Assembly: GCA_965203275.1 (NCBI GenBank)
Contig: OZ241865.1
Location: forward strand, 2,016,001 to 2,080,000
Direction: 5' to 3'
From: Bdellovibrionales bacterium
Lineage (GTDB): Bacteria; Bdellovibrionota; Bdellovibrionia; Bdellovibrionales; JAUICD01
DNA: 64,000 bases
Position numbers and translations under genes: made by a program. Positions 29,526-40,619 of the stretch are shown piece by piece. The notes below the pieces were generated by a model that saw only the letters and a program-made list of their open reading frames with translations, was not told where the DNA came from and made no database searches. Numbering within the stretch: position 1 is the stretch's first letter; each line of letters begins with the position of its first letter.

Positions 29526-29683
29526 AGGTATTTTAACTCCTAATTTTAAATACTTATAGACACAATTTGGATTGAGCGGGCGTGAAAGGTATTTTAACTC
29601 CTAATTTTAAATACTTATAGACACAATTTGGATTGAGCGGGCGTGAAAGGTATTTTAACTCCTAATTTTAAATACTTATAGAC
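29526..29683. repeat. 61-bp tandem repeat, 2.6 copies
   Basis: Units start at 29526, 29587 and 29648 and are identical. Confidence 0.9.
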
Positions 29684-29700
29684 TCTTCACCTGTCTATTT

Positions 29701-30948
29701 CTAAAAAGTAAAATTCATCAATAAATAAGGAGTTTCTATTTTCTTAATAAGTGTTCTTAAAAAACGAGCTGCTAAGGCCCCATCAATAAGCCGGTGATCG
29801 GCTGTGCATGACAAATTCATTATATCAGCAACTTGAAAGCGACCTGTCGCTTTGCAAAAAAGAGGTTTCTTTTGGATACGATATAAGCCAATAATAGCTA
29901 CCTCAGATGGATTAATAATAGGTGTCGCATAAGAACCTCCAATACTGCCAATGTTAGTGAGGGTAATTGTACTTCCTGTCATCTCTTCTAACGTTAATTG
30001 TCCATTCTTTGCTTTTTCTGCAAGATGTTGTATTTCTTGACTCATCTGTAAAATACCTTTTTGGTCTGCATTTTGAATGACCGGCACCAAAAGCCCCTCT
30101 GGAGTATCAGCTGCAAAACCAATATGAAAATTCTTTTTATAAATGATTTTTTCTTCATCAATAGAAGCATTGAGTGCAGGGAACTCTCTACAAGTAGCAA
30201 TCAAAGCTTTCATAATAAAAGGCAAATAAGTGACTTTGATGTTTTTAAAGTGTTCCTTACAGCTTGTTCTAATCTTTACAAGCTCTGTGACATTGGCTTC
30301 ATCCATAATGGAAAAGTGAGGTATGGTTTGTTTAGATAATTGCATTTTTTGAGCAATCTTTCTTCGGATGCCTCTGAGGGGTACAACTTCATCTTGTAAT
30401 ACCTGAGTTTTTTTTAATTTATAATCAACAGCAGGTTCTTCTATAGTAGGCTTTGCAGTAGACTTTGCAAAGTTTTCTACATCGGCTTTTGTCACACGAC
30501 CTAAATTACCTGTTCCTGACACTTGTTCAATGGGTACATTGAGCTTAAGTGCCAGTCTCCTTGTAGAAGGTGTGGCAAGTATATGAGAGGGAGTAGGAGG
30601 AATAGCTGTTTCACCTTGATGGGTCACACCTGTCTGTTTATCGGGTAAAGAGGTTGCTTGAGGAGCTTCTTTTTGAGCTGTTGCATCTTTAGAGGGGGTA
30701 GAAGTTAAAGGCATGGCTTGTGTCACAGTCATGATCACTTCTCCTACTTTGATAGTATCGCCTTCCTTTGCCTTCAGAGACTGCACTGTACCACTGAGAG
30801 TGCTTGGAATCTCTACAGAGGCTTTATCTGTTAAGATTTCTGCAAGTACTTGATCTATCTCAATAATGTCACCTTCTTTGACGAGCCATTTTAGCAGTTC
30901 TCCTTCATGAACTCCTTCACCGATTTCAGGCAATTTGACTTCTCGCAT
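29701..30948 (-). CDS. pdhC: 2-oxoacid dehydrogenase E2 (dihydrolipoamide acyltransferase)
   Basis: Lipoyl domain EILTDKASVEIPS; E3-binding ATPSTRRLA; catalytic DHRLIDG. Pyruvate vs branched-chain specificity not resolved. Confidence 0.85.
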   Translation of the reverse strand: MREVKLPEIGEGVHEGELLKWLVKEGDIIEIDQVLAEILTDKASVEIPSTLSGTVQSLKAKEGDTIKVGEVIMTVTQAMPLTSTPSKDATAQKEAPQATSLPDKQTGVTHQGETAIPPTPSHILATPSTRRLALKLNVPIEQVSGTGNLGRVTKADVENFAKSTAKPTIEEPAVDYKLKKTQVLQDEVVPLRGIRRKIAQKMQLSKQTIPHFSIMDEANVTELVKIRTSCKEHFKNIKVTYLPFIMKALIATCREFPALNASIDEEKIIYKKNFHIGFAADTPEGLLVPVIQNADQKGILQMSQEIQHLAEKAKNGQLTLEEMTGSTITLTNIGSIGGSYATPIINPSEVAIIGLYRIQKKPLFCKATGRFQVADIMNLSCTADHRLIDGALAARFLRTLIKKIETPYLLMNFTF

Positions 30949-31187
30949 TATGATACTCCTTGTAAATGGTTATAACTTCATTATGGGGTAGGCTATTGAA
31001 ATTATTATGCAATAGTCTATTATTAGTGTAAATTTTAAAAATACAAATAATAAAAAGATTACCTATTAATTGAATGAAAATAAAGAATAATCAAGAGAAA
31101 TATTTTTTCCTTGACTTTATAGTAAGCTAAGGGTACTTTCATTGCAAATCATTGTAGCAAAAACCAAAGTCTATAAGGAGGTCATTT

Positions 31188-31778
31188 ATGAAATATTTAA
31201 TTTTAATGATTTTTTTAATAAGTCCATTTGTCCATTTACAAGTTATGGCTAATGTATGTAGTCAAGAGTGGTGGCAAAATAGCACAACAGAAGCAAGTAT
31301 GTCTCTACCAGAACCAGAAAGTTTACAAGCTAAATGTAATGTACTGAGTGATAATAGTATAGAATGTGATTCTTATTATCAAAGAGTGGACTGGCTACAA
31401 ACATGTGATGAACTTAATAACACACCTCTTCATATAGGGGTTATGGTTGCTCAAGATCCTTTATTAATAGATCTTTTGTCTGATGTGATACCTCTTGAGG
31501 TTTTAACAACAAAGAATCTTTTAGATGAAACACCTCTTACTCTCATTGATAGAAGGAATCAACAAGCTCATGCTACAGTTGATCAAGCCCAGTTGGCATT
31601 GAATCAAGCAATGAGTTTTTATCTCACTCAAAGATCAACGACACTTCAATCTGTACGTAATGAAGCCCGTGAAGTAGCATTAGCAGCAGAGCAAAGATAT
31701 AATCAAGCTCGCAGAGAGCAATTGGTAGCTGTTTATATCCGTAATTTTTTAACTGCTTTAGAAAATCAAGAACGTTGA
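31188..31778 (+). CDS. Exported hypothetical protein with degenerate ankyrin-like motifs and coiled-coil tail
   Basis: Signal peptide; AAGGAGG SD; NNTPLHIG and DETPLTL. Confidence 0.6.
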   Translation: MKYLILMIFLISPFVHLQVMANVCSQEWWQNSTTEASMSLPEPESLQAKCNVLSDNSIECDSYYQRVDWLQTCDELNNTPLHIGVMVAQDPLLIDLLSDVIPLEVLTTKNLLDETPLTLIDRRNQQAHATVDQAQLALNQAMSFYLTQRSTTLQSVRNEAREVALAAEQRYNQARREQLVAVYIRNFLTALENQER

Positions 31779-31788
31779 TCAGTGTAAA

Positions 31789-32352
31789 ATGAATATAGTA
31801 GAACAAGTCCGAGATCAAGTAACTGTCCACAAAAAACGTGGACTCAATAAAAATAAATACCTCTCAAATTACGAGATGCAGTATTTAGAAAAAACTTTAA
31901 AAGCATCTATGAAAATTCGGACCAGAGATAGTCTTTTACTCTTGGTGGCACTTAAAACAGGTGCCAGGGCCCAGGAAATGCTTAATCTTAAAATTTCAGA
32001 TCTCAATGAATTTAATCAGACTATTTTTTTTAAAGGTATTAAAAATGCTAAAGATAGGGAGCTACCGCTCCCTCCTTTTCTTTTCAGAAGCTTGATGAGT
32101 TACGCTAGAAAAAGAAAACAAAAAATAATATTTGATATTTCTTATAACCGATTTCGACAAATATGGGGAGAATACCGACCAGTTTACAAAAAGCTCCATG
32201 CTCTCAGACATACCTTTGCCATTAACTTATATAAAAAGACAAAGGACCTTAGATTGGTGCAGGTGGCTCTAGGACATAAGAGTATAACAAATACTATGAT
32301 TTATGCTGATTATATTTATTCTCAAGAAGAGCTTAAAAAACTTATCCTTTAA
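31789..32352 (+). CDS. Short tyrosine recombinase (catalytic domain only)
   Basis: TGAR, K, HALRH, LGH and TMIY catalytic set in 187 aa; no N-terminal core-binding domain. Confidence 0.88.
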   Translation: MNIVEQVRDQVTVHKKRGLNKNKYLSNYEMQYLEKTLKASMKIRTRDSLLLLVALKTGARAQEMLNLKISDLNEFNQTIFFKGIKNAKDRELPLPPFLFRSLMSYARKRKQKIIFDISYNRFRQIWGEYRPVYKKLHALRHTFAINLYKKTKDLRLVQVALGHKSITNTMIYADYIYSQEELKKLIL

Positions 32353-32658
32353 TTTATACCTTGAGAATTTATACCTTGAGATAGATTCATGTTGTCAATA
32401 AGGGATTCATTTGTTCCTTCCCTAGCAAACAATGGTAGCTTCTTTGAACTTTATCAAAATACCATTCTTGTTTTTTCGACCATTTTTTGTTTTAGTAGTA
32501 ACCATCACATCTAAAGGATTATTTTGTTGACAAAACACAAGTAAGCTTTGCAAAAGATCTGTTTTATGAAAACAACGATTCCACCTTTGCTTCAATTATT
32601 ATGAAAAATCAAGACCTAAATAGTTATTATCTTAAGTGTGAATATGTTATTATAAATT

Positions 32659-33372
32659 ATGGCTTTATATTTATTTGTAGATTCAGGACCTCAACAAGGG
32701 GCATATTTTTACCTTAAAAATAAGGCGATTCTTGGTCGCAAAAAAGATGCAGAGATATGTATTAATAGCCCTACTATTTCTGCAAAACATGTACAAGTTG
32801 AAAAAAACCAAGGTCACACTTATCTTAATAGTCTTTCTACAAAAGGTATTTTCTTTAACAATGAAACTATAGAGCAGTTAAAACTTCAACCAGAAATGTG
32901 CTTTTCTATAGGAAATGTGAATTTCTCTATTAGAAATTCAGTAGAAGGTCTATGCCCTTGGAAAAGCCTCATATTACTTGCACTTAACGAGTTATCTAAA
33001 AGACCGTACATTATAGAATTCCCCCCTAAGAAATTACAGCCTTTTTATTGTCGATTAAAACTCACTATTATTGAAGGACAGCAAGTAGGACTTCAGTGGC
33101 CTATTGGATATGGTCCAAGGTATGTTGGAACAAATTCCGTAGACTTCCCTATCTATGAACCTACACTAGGACCTTGTGGCTTTCATCTGGACGCTTTAAA
33201 AGAGTCTGATACACCAGAGAATCATAATAAAAGTGGTGTTGTTTTTTTTACAAAATACAGATCTATTGTACAGATCAATGGAAAAGCAATAGAAAGCAAA
33301 ATATTACAACATGACGATGTCATACAAATTGCCAGCACATGTCTTAAAGTGCATATAGAGAATATAAAATGA
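32659..33372 (+). CDS. FHA-domain protein (two FHA-like domains)
   Basis: ILGR...ISAKH; second domain ending QINGK...LQHDDVIQI. Confidence 0.75.
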   Translation: MALYLFVDSGPQQGAYFYLKNKAILGRKKDAEICINSPTISAKHVQVEKNQGHTYLNSLSTKGIFFNNETIEQLKLQPEMCFSIGNVNFSIRNSVEGLCPWKSLILLALNELSKRPYIIEFPPKKLQPFYCRLKLTIIEGQQVGLQWPIGYGPRYVGTNSVDFPIYEPTLGPCGFHLDALKESDTPENHNKSGVVFFTKYRSIVQINGKAIESKILQHDDVIQIASTCLKVHIENIK

Positions 33373-34232
33373 GCTACAAAAAACAAACAGGTTATTTCAA
33401 AAGTTTTGATGATACTCCTATTTATTATGAAGTCAGGGGTGAAGGAGTGCCTGTGATCCTCGCTTATGGAATTGCCTGCACCATTAATCACTGGAGACCA
33501 CAACTTAAATACTTTTCTCACCATTATAAAACAGTGGTATTTGATTATAGGGGTTGTCATCGTTCAGCTGTACCTGTCAATAAACAATTTTCTATGGATG
33601 ATTTAGCACAGGATATAAAAGCTCTTATGAATCATCTTGAAATAAAAAAGGCACATTTTGGGGGACACAGTTTTGGAGTTCAAGTTTTAATTAGGACTTA
33701 TGATATGTTCCCTCATTTATTTAAAAGCCTTATTTTTATTAATGGTTTTGCAAGCAACCCTCTTCGAGGGATCTTTGGCATAGATATCACAGATTCTGCT
33801 TTTAAATTGATGAAGCAAGGGTATGATCAACTTCCAGAAACCTTATCTTATCTTTGGAAGAAGGCTGTCTCCAATCCTATTTTAATTAAACTCAGTGCCT
33901 TAGCTGGAGGGTTTAATTTGAACCTCACAAGTTTTAAAGACATCGAAATTTATGCACGAGGAGTTGCCAATGTAGACCTGGATGTTTTTCTCGAACTTTT
34001 TGGATGGATGATGAGTTATGATGGCACATCTGTTCTAGAGCGAATCATTATACCCACATTAATTATAGGTGGCTCTGAAGACACTGTTACTCCTTTCCAT
34101 TACCAAGAAACTCTCAATCAAAAAATACGAGGGAGTGAAATTTTATTAATTCCAATGGGTTCCCACTGCACACATTTAGATATGCCCGATTTCGTCAATC
34201 TTAGGATAGAAAAATTCCTCCATTTTAAATAG
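33369..34232 (+). CDS. Alpha/beta hydrolase
   Basis: GHSFG nucleophile elbow; D in EDTVTP; H in GSHC. Confidence 0.9.
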   Translation: MSYKKQTGYFKSFDDTPIYYEVRGEGVPVILAYGIACTINHWRPQLKYFSHHYKTVVFDYRGCHRSAVPVNKQFSMDDLAQDIKALMNHLEIKKAHFGGHSFGVQVLIRTYDMFPHLFKSLIFINGFASNPLRGIFGIDITDSAFKLMKQGYDQLPETLSYLWKKAVSNPILIKLSALAGGFNLNLTSFKDIEIYARGVANVDLDVFLELFGWMMSYDGTSVLERIIIPTLIIGGSEDTVTPFHYQETLNQKIRGSEILLIPMGSHCTHLDMPDFVNLRIEKFLHFK

Positions 34233-34300
34233 CTTATAAAAGGCCTTTTAGAATATCTACTCAAGGATATGATTTGCAATAAAATGCATTTTTTATGCTG

Positions 34301-35311
34301 TTATGATAATGGCTTTCTATCTTTTACCAAAGCAGGAAAGTGACAAGCTGTTAGATGTGATGGAGATGTGTCTTTAACATGAGCATACTCTAACACAGGA
34401 TTTTGAGTCTTACAGATATCTTGAGCATACTGGCAACGTGTATGAAATTTGCAACCACTAGGAAGATTACGTGGCGATGGCACTTCCCCTTTTAAAGTTT
34501 GTCTTTGAAGACGCTTTGTAGGATCAGCTATAGGTATAGATGAAAGCAAACTTTGTGTGTAAGGATGCAAAGGCTTTTGGTAAATATCATTAGAGCTAGC
34601 CACCTCTACGATACTTCCTAAATACATCACAGCTAACCTATCAGAAACATGTTTTACAGCAGCTAAATCATGGGAGATAAAAATATAACTTAAATTCATT
34701 TCTTCTTGTAACTCCATTAAGAGATTAAGAATTTGAGATTGCATAGAAACATCTAAAGCAGAAACAGGTTCATCACAAATAATCAAATGAGGCTTTAAGG
34801 CAATAGCCCTTGCAATACCAATCCTTTGCCTTTGCCCTCCTGAAAATTCATGTGGATATTTCAATTTGCTATTTTCTGGCAACCCCACACGTTCAAGTAA
34901 ATTAACTGCCCATAAACGTCTTTGTTGAGGTGTTCCTATATTGTGAATAATGAAAGGTTCTTCTAAAATATGACCTACAGTATGTCGGCTGTTTAAAGAT
35001 TCATAAGGGTCTTGAAAGATCATTTGTATGTCTTTTCTGACAGGACGTATTTGTCTTTCTGACCAGTGTGTAATATCTAAACCTTGAAAAAATATTTTCC
35101 CAAAAGTAGGTTGATAAAGTTTTGCAATCGTTCGACCCAAGGTGCTTTTTCCACAACCTGATTCTCCTACTAAACCTAAGGTCTCTCCCTTTTGAACAGA
35201 AAGAGACACATCTGTGACAGCAAATACTGTGGCCTTTTGTTGCATAAACACTCCTCCATAAATAGGATAGTGTTTTGAAAGATTCTGAACTTTTAAAAGA
35301 GGGTTATTCAT
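34301..35311 (-). CDS. oppF: Oligo/dipeptide ABC transporter ATPase
   Basis: GESGCGKS; FSGGQRQR; DEPVSALD; C-terminal GCKFHTRC. Confidence 0.9.
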   Translation of the reverse strand: MNNPLLKVQNLSKHYPIYGGVFMQQKATVFAVTDVSLSVQKGETLGLVGESGCGKSTLGRTIAKLYQPTFGKIFFQGLDITHWSERQIRPVRKDIQMIFQDPYESLNSRHTVGHILEEPFIIHNIGTPQQRRLWAVNLLERVGLPENSKLKYPHEFSGGQRQRIGIARAIALKPHLIICDEPVSALDVSMQSQILNLLMELQEEMNLSYIFISHDLAAVKHVSDRLAVMYLGSIVEVASSNDIYQKPLHPYTQSLLSSIPIADPTKRLQRQTLKGEVPSPRNLPSGCKFHTRCQYAQDICKTQNPVLEYAHVKDTSPSHLTACHFPALVKDRKPLS

Positions 35312-36293
35312 GGTTGACCTCCCTCCACCTATAACAAGCCACCTGATGTTCTTTCTTGCGAGATTCTAATGGTGGTGATTTAAGTCGACATGGCTCCTGT
35401 ACATAAGCACATCTATCTTGAAAACGACAACCTGAAGGCATATCCATCAAACTAGAGACCATCCCTGGAATAGTTTCTAAAGGTATTTTACTAGGTTGAT
35501 TCAGCTGGGGTATAGAATGCAAAAGTCCTTTTGTGTAAGGATGGCTAGGATATTTAAAAAGGTCTATCACTGGGGCTTTTTCAGCAATGCGACCTGCATA
35601 CATTACTAAAACCCTTTCACATACTTGAGCTACAATCCCCAAATTATGTGTAATTAAAATGACACTCATGTTTATTTCTTTTTTCAAATCTTCAATCAAG
35701 TCTAAAATTTGAGATTGAATGGTCACATCCAAAGCTGTTGTAGGTTCATCAGCAATCAAAACTTCAGGTTTGAGGGCCAAGGCCATGGCAATCATAACCC
35801 TTTGTCTCATCCCTCCTGAAAGCTGATGAGGATATTCCTTGAGTCGCAAGTCAGGTAGAGGTATTCCAACTTTTTCAAGCATTTCTGTACTCGATTGAGT
35901 TATTTGAGAATAAGACATTTTAGGAAAATGCAATTGATATACTTCTGCTAATTGTTTGCCAATAGTTTTAACTGGGTTGAGGGCCGTCATAGGTTCTTGG
36001 AAAATCATAGCTATTTTACGTCCTCGGATTTGAAACATTTCGTAAATAGGTAAAGTAAGAATATCTTTGTGATAAAAATAAACTTCACCGCTATCTATGG
36101 AGCCAGCAGGTTGAGGTAAAAGCCTCATTAGAGCAAGGGCTGTGACTGTTTTGCCACAGCCAGATTCTCCTACTAGTCCTAAAGTTTCTCCTTTTTTAAG
36201 AGAAAAACTTATAGAATCTACAGCTGTCACACGGCCTGCTTCTGTTTGAAAAGAGAGCGTTAAATTTTGAACCTTTAAAATATATTCTGACAT
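35304..36293 (-). CDS. oppD: Oligo/dipeptide ABC transporter ATPase
   Basis: [24 protein letters not shown]. Confidence 0.9.
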   Translation of the reverse strand: MSEYILKVQNLTLSFQTEAGRVTAVDSISFSLKKGETLGLVGESGCGKTVTALALMRLLPQPAGSIDSGEVYFYHKDILTLPIYEMFQIRGRKIAMIFQEPMTALNPVKTIGKQLAEVYQLHFPKMSYSQITQSSTEMLEKVGIPLPDLRLKEYPHQLSGGMRQRVMIAMALALKPEVLIADEPTTALDVTIQSQILDLIEDLKKEINMSVILITHNLGIVAQVCERVLVMYAGRIAEKAPVIDLFKYPSHPYTKGLLHSIPQLNQPSKIPLETIPGMVSSLMDMPSGCRFQDRCAYVQEPCRLKSPPLESRKKEHQVACYRWREVNHE

Positions 36294-36420
36294 ATAACCC
36301 CTTTTTCATTTCACTGAATATGTCAAAAATTATGCATGTTTAAATAGCTTTATGCAATAACAAAAGCTTGATTGCATTTTTTGAGGTAAAGGAAGGCTAT
36401 TTAAAAACTTAGGACTAAAG

Positions 36421-37173
36421 TTAGTCTTTTGGTTCACTTTGAACGATAGTGTATTTTGGATGACACAGATGTCTGACTCTTTCAAAACCTAAGGCAATCA
36501 AAAGACGGAGTGTTTCTTTATAAGAACTTAAATTAAACTTGGTTTTTGTCTCTTGAAGCCATTTTAAGCTTTTTTCGTCTAAAGTTTTTTCTAAACTTGA
36601 TGATGACGGGTTTTGTTCATTGATACTTTGCTGTCTGTTTACATGGTCATTCTTATTATTTAAGTAATCATTGCTATTTAAAGAAGATGTGTTTTGATCA
36701 GAAGTCACCTCAGATGTATAAGAAGACTCTTTGGCTTTTGTTGTTGCAGAATGATCTAAAGGTTTATGGACTCTATTGATTCCATTGTGATGCTCTTTAT
36801 AGATTTCATGTCCATTATGACTAGAATTGTGACCATTCAAATAATTCTCTGCTGGATCTACACTAGAAACTGTCAACGAATGAAGGTTTTTGTCTTGAGG
36901 AGGAGGAGATGAAGGTAAGGGAGAAGACAAAGAATCCAAAGCCATTTTTTGTAGCTGGTCTTTAAACTGGCTATCGGAATGACTTTTTTGAACAGGTGAA
37001 TTGGCTTCAGAGGTCCAATATTGTTGGCTCTTAGCCCTTAAATACAGTGAGACCAGCTGTGTTGTTCCTGTTGCTCTTTTTTTTACATCCTCTGGCTGTG
37101 ACTGAAGCCATGTAAAAGCTTCAGAAATAGTCTCTTTGGTATAGGCCTGAGGAGGGAAGTTACTTGATTGCAT
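36421..37173 (-). CDS. Hypothetical protein: two small domains joined by a low-complexity linker
   Basis: 250-aa ORF; N-terminal PPQAYTKET...WL; short helical C-terminal domain. Confidence 0.65.
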   Translation of the reverse strand: MQSSNFPPQAYTKETISEAFTWLQSQPEDVKKRATGTTQLVSLYLRAKSQQYWTSEANSPVQKSHSDSQFKDQLQKMALDSLSSPLPSSPPPQDKNLHSLTVSSVDPAENYLNGHNSSHNGHEIYKEHHNGINRVHKPLDHSATTKAKESSYTSEVTSDQNTSSLNSNDYLNNKNDHVNRQQSINEQNPSSSSLEKTLDEKSLKWLQETKTKFNLSSYKETLRLLIALGFERVRHLCHPKYTIVQSEPKD

Positions 37174-37577
37174 TGTGTTACTTTCTTTTTTGTTTGATTA
37201 AGAATTAAGCAAGACTTTATAATGTAAAGAACCTATAATTTTTTTTTGTGAATGGCAAATTTATTTTTTGTAACTTAGCAAAAAATGTCTTTTTTCTAAA
37301 CAGTGTGTCACAAAATAATATATATTTTTTCAAAACAACCTATAACTTATCAAAATAACTCAATTTATTTTTGCCATCCACAAATAAACTTACTTGTCAT
37401 AAGAAGAGATATAAAGTAATATGCACATTTAAGTCTGAATTTTTAGACCATTAGTCATCAAGTACATTTCAAAAATATCCGATTTTTCATTGAAGAACTA
37501 AAAAAGCCAGAGGGATTGAACCAAAGGGATTGAAAAAAGCCAGAGGGATTGAAAAAAATCAAAAAAAGGACAAAACT

Positions 37578-38072
37578 ATGAGACTTTGGATAAGAAGTGC
37601 CTTACTATTGTGGCCTTTTATTATGTGTTCGGCTTGTATTTCATTTAGGCTTGCTCCGGAAACACAAAGGTCTAAAACTATCTATTATCAACCTCCTTCA
37701 GTGCCTTTTATAGTTATGTCATCCCACAGTGCAGACAAAGCATGGATTGATTCTCAGACCGGCAATATTATATCTTTTCAATCTATTTGTAATGAATCCA
37801 TAGACCCTGATATAGGAACCATCTTACAAAAATCAACATCAGAGCTTATAGATAAAAAAATCCTCAAAGAATCACAACAAGAATACAATGGCCGAAAGTC
37901 TGAAAGATTTCTGGTATCAGGTGAATTAGATGGTGTGACTGTGCATTTAGACTTTTTGTTTTTTAAAAAGAATGCCTGTAACTACACTTTAAATTTTGTG
38001 GCTCTACCAGAACACTTTGACAAAGGCATAGAAGTTTTTAATAACTTTATTGAAGGGTTTAAAGTCCAGTGA
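37578..38072 (+). CDS. Lipoprotein (PsbP/DcrB-like fold suspected)
   Basis: AAGGA SD; lipobox CSAC; overlaps mlaE start. Confidence 0.6.
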   Translation: MRLWIRSALLLWPFIMCSACISFRLAPETQRSKTIYYQPPSVPFIVMSSHSADKAWIDSQTGNIISFQSICNESIDPDIGTILQKSTSELIDKKILKESQQEYNGRKSERFLVSGELDGVTVHLDFLFFKKNACNYTLNFVALPEHFDKGIEVFNNFIEGFKVQ

Positions 38073-38869
38073 TAGTTTCTTTTTTTGCTCCGCTAGGTTT
38101 TTTTTGTTTAGATAAATTGCGGTTTCTAGGTGGAACCATTCTTTTAGTTATATCTACTATAAAGGAATTTTTCATACCTCCTTATTATCCTAGGTTAATC
38201 ATAGATCAGCTCTATCATATTGGTTCACGCTCTCTCACATTGATCATTGTATCTACAGTGAGTACAGGTATGGTGATGTCCTTGCAGTTTGGTTTAGGAC
38301 TTGAGAAATTTGGAGCTAAGCTCTATGTGCCACATCTTGTAGGTTTATCTATTGTCAAAGAAATGGGGCCAGTTTTTACAAGTCTCATGTTTGCAGCTCG
38401 TGTGGGTGCAGGAATTTCTTCAGAATTAAACTCAATGCTGATCACACAACAAGTGGATGCTATCAGAGCCCTTGGCACATCACCTATTAAAAAGCTTGTT
38501 ATTCCTCGTGTGGTAGCTTGCTTTATTGCTTTACCTTTACTCACCTTGATTGCTAACACTTTTAGCATGTTAGGAGCTGTAGCCATTGGATACTATGAGT
38601 TAGGATTAGATCCTTCTTTTTTTATGAGGAAAATTTCTACAACTATTAGTTTAGTTGATTTCTTAAGTGGATTTTTGAAAACTTTTGTCTTTGCTCTGCT
38701 TGTTGCATTTACGTCTTGTTATTATGGATTAAGTTTTAAGGGCGGTACGAAAGGCGTAGGTATAGCTACTACAAAAGCTGTTGTGACTTCATCTGTTTTG
38801 GTTCTCGTAGGCGATTTTGTCTTAAGTAAGATTTTTTGGGAGATTCAAATATGGCTATCATTGAAGTAA
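38069..38869 (+). CDS. mlaE: MlaE-family ABC permease
   Basis: KEMGPV...AARVGAGISSEL...QQVDAIRALG; GVGIATTKAVV. Confidence 0.92.
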   Translation: MIVSFFAPLGFFCLDKLRFLGGTILLVISTIKEFFIPPYYPRLIIDQLYHIGSRSLTLIIVSTVSTGMVMSLQFGLGLEKFGAKLYVPHLVGLSIVKEMGPVFTSLMFAARVGAGISSELNSMLITQQVDAIRALGTSPIKKLVIPRVVACFIALPLLTLIANTFSMLGAVAIGYYELGLDPSFFMRKISTTISLVDFLSGFLKTFVFALLVAFTSCYYGLSFKGGTKGVGIATTKAVVTSSVLVLVGDFVLSKIFWEIQIWLSLK

Positions 38870-39582
38870 AAGGCTTTTACAAATCTTTTGGTAATAAAAA
38901 AGTTTTAGAAAATATTCATTTTAAAGTCATTGAAGGGGAATGCCTTGGCTTAATTGGTGGATCTGGTACAGGTAAAAGCGTACTTTTAAGAAGTCTTATT
39001 GGACTTGAAGTGCCGGATCAAGGCAGTATTGAAATAAAAAATTGTAATATCACCAGATTAAAAGAAAATAAACTTATTGAATTAAGGAAAAAGGTAGCTT
39101 ATGTTTTTCAAGGAGGAGCTTTGTTTGACTCTATGACTGTCTATGAAAACTTAGCCTATCCTTTAAGAGAACACACTCGACTTTCTGAACAAGAAATATC
39201 AAAAGCAATTTATGAAAAACTCGAAGCTTTTAATTTAGAAGGTAATGCAAAGCTTTTCCCATCGAGTTTATCTGGAGGCATGCAAAAACGTGTCGGTCTT
39301 GCTAGGGCTATTATTCTTAATCCAGAAATTATACTTTATGACGAACCAACAGCAGGCTTGGATCCTTTTAATGCTAGGAGAATTACTGATATGATTGTAG
39401 ATTTAAAACAAACAGGTGTGACTTCTATTTTGGTCACCCATGAGATGTCCTCTGTTTTTTCTGTCTGTGATCGTGTGGCAATGATTGCCAATCGCCAAAT
39501 AGGGAAAGTCCGAACAATAGAAGAACTGGAATCTGATTCAGAACATTCTATTCACAAATTTATTAAGGGAGAAGAAATATAA
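38851..39582 (+). CDS. mlaF: MlaF-family ABC ATPase
   Basis: GGSGTGKS; FQGGALFDS; LSGGMQKRVGLARA; YDEPTAGLDP. Confidence 0.92.
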   Translation: MAIIEVKGFYKSFGNKKVLENIHFKVIEGECLGLIGGSGTGKSVLLRSLIGLEVPDQGSIEIKNCNITRLKENKLIELRKKVAYVFQGGALFDSMTVYENLAYPLREHTRLSEQEISKAIYEKLEAFNLEGNAKLFPSSLSGGMQKRVGLARAIILNPEIILYDEPTAGLDPFNARRITDMIVDLKQTGVTSILVTHEMSSVFSVCDRVAMIANRQIGKVRTIEELESDSEHSIHKFIKGEEI

Positions 39583-39687
39583 CATTGACTCTTAAAGTTA
39601 ATTTCTATTGACAATTTATAAAGACGTTGATGGCATGAATAATGTATAACAAAGAATGAATTAAAGTATTAAGTGAGGTACAAAATT

Positions 39688-40512
39688 ATGTTTAATAAAG
39701 AATATGGTACAAATATAGAGATTAAAGTGGGGATTCTTTTAGGTGTAGGGGTGCTTTTAGCGATTTTAACTCTACTTTTTTTAAGAGAAGGGTCTTTTAT
39801 TTTCAGCACAAGGTATACATTAAAAGTTAAAATGGACACTGTAGAAGGACTAGGGCCAGGGAGCCTCGTGCAGATGCTTGGTGTACCTATTGGTAATGTA
39901 GGGACTGTGACCCCTTTGCCTTCTGAAAATAAAGTATTGATTAACTTGAGTTTAGATAGAAACTATCAAAATATGATTACCAAAAATTCAACAATCAACA
40001 CCACAACACAAGGGATGCTAGGAGATAAGTTTATATCTATAAATCCTCATCCTATTGAAGAAAATAGTAAAAGAGAAATTTTACAAGATGGTGATTTTTT
40101 ACTTTTCCAACCTAAGACAACTATGTTTTCTGTATTATCTTCTGAAGGTGATAAAATAGAAGACCTTTTTGTCATCTTAAAAGAAATGTCCATTTTAGTA
40201 AAAGATTTAAATGCTAATAACAAAGTAGCTCAAATTATGTATAACCTTAATGAGAGCAGTCAGGAGTTAAAAACATTGATTGTATCTTTAAGACAGTGGG
40301 TTGACAATACAAAAGGACAAGAGAAACTTGTACAATCTTTAGATCATCTATCTTCTGTGCTGAAGAAAATTGATGATGGTCAAGGAACACTAGGTGCCTT
40401 GATCAATGATTCAAGTTTGTATGATCGTATAGATCATTTTTTATCAGGTTCGCAAAGACAAACGTATGTCAAGGAACTTGTACGCAAAACCATTCAAACT
40501 GGCAAAGATTAA
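39688..40512 (+). CDS. mlaD: MlaD/MCE-domain protein
   Basis: N-terminal TM; GLGPGSLVQMLGVPIGNV; GMLGDKFI; GQGTLGALIND. Confidence 0.88.
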   Translation: MFNKEYGTNIEIKVGILLGVGVLLAILTLLFLREGSFIFSTRYTLKVKMDTVEGLGPGSLVQMLGVPIGNVGTVTPLPSENKVLINLSLDRNYQNMITKNSTINTTTQGMLGDKFISINPHPIEENSKREILQDGDFLLFQPKTTMFSVLSSEGDKIEDLFVILKEMSILVKDLNANNKVAQIMYNLNESSQELKTLIVSLRQWVDNTKGQEKLVQSLDHLSSVLKKIDDGQGTLGALINDSSLYDRIDHFLSGSQRQTYVKELVRKTIQTGKD

Positions 40513-40619
40513 ATCCTGAGTTTGACAGTTGATTTGCAAATTTGGGCATCTTCTTTTTTAAGAATGCTTTATTTATAGGTGTTAGAGAAATTTGTAAGCC
40601 TTAATTCTTTGAATTTTGT

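Noticed and set aside
29526..29683. Mini CRISPR array (36-bp repeat, 25-bp spacer)
   Set aside because: Both would-be spacers are identical, so it is a tandem duplication; no cas genes.
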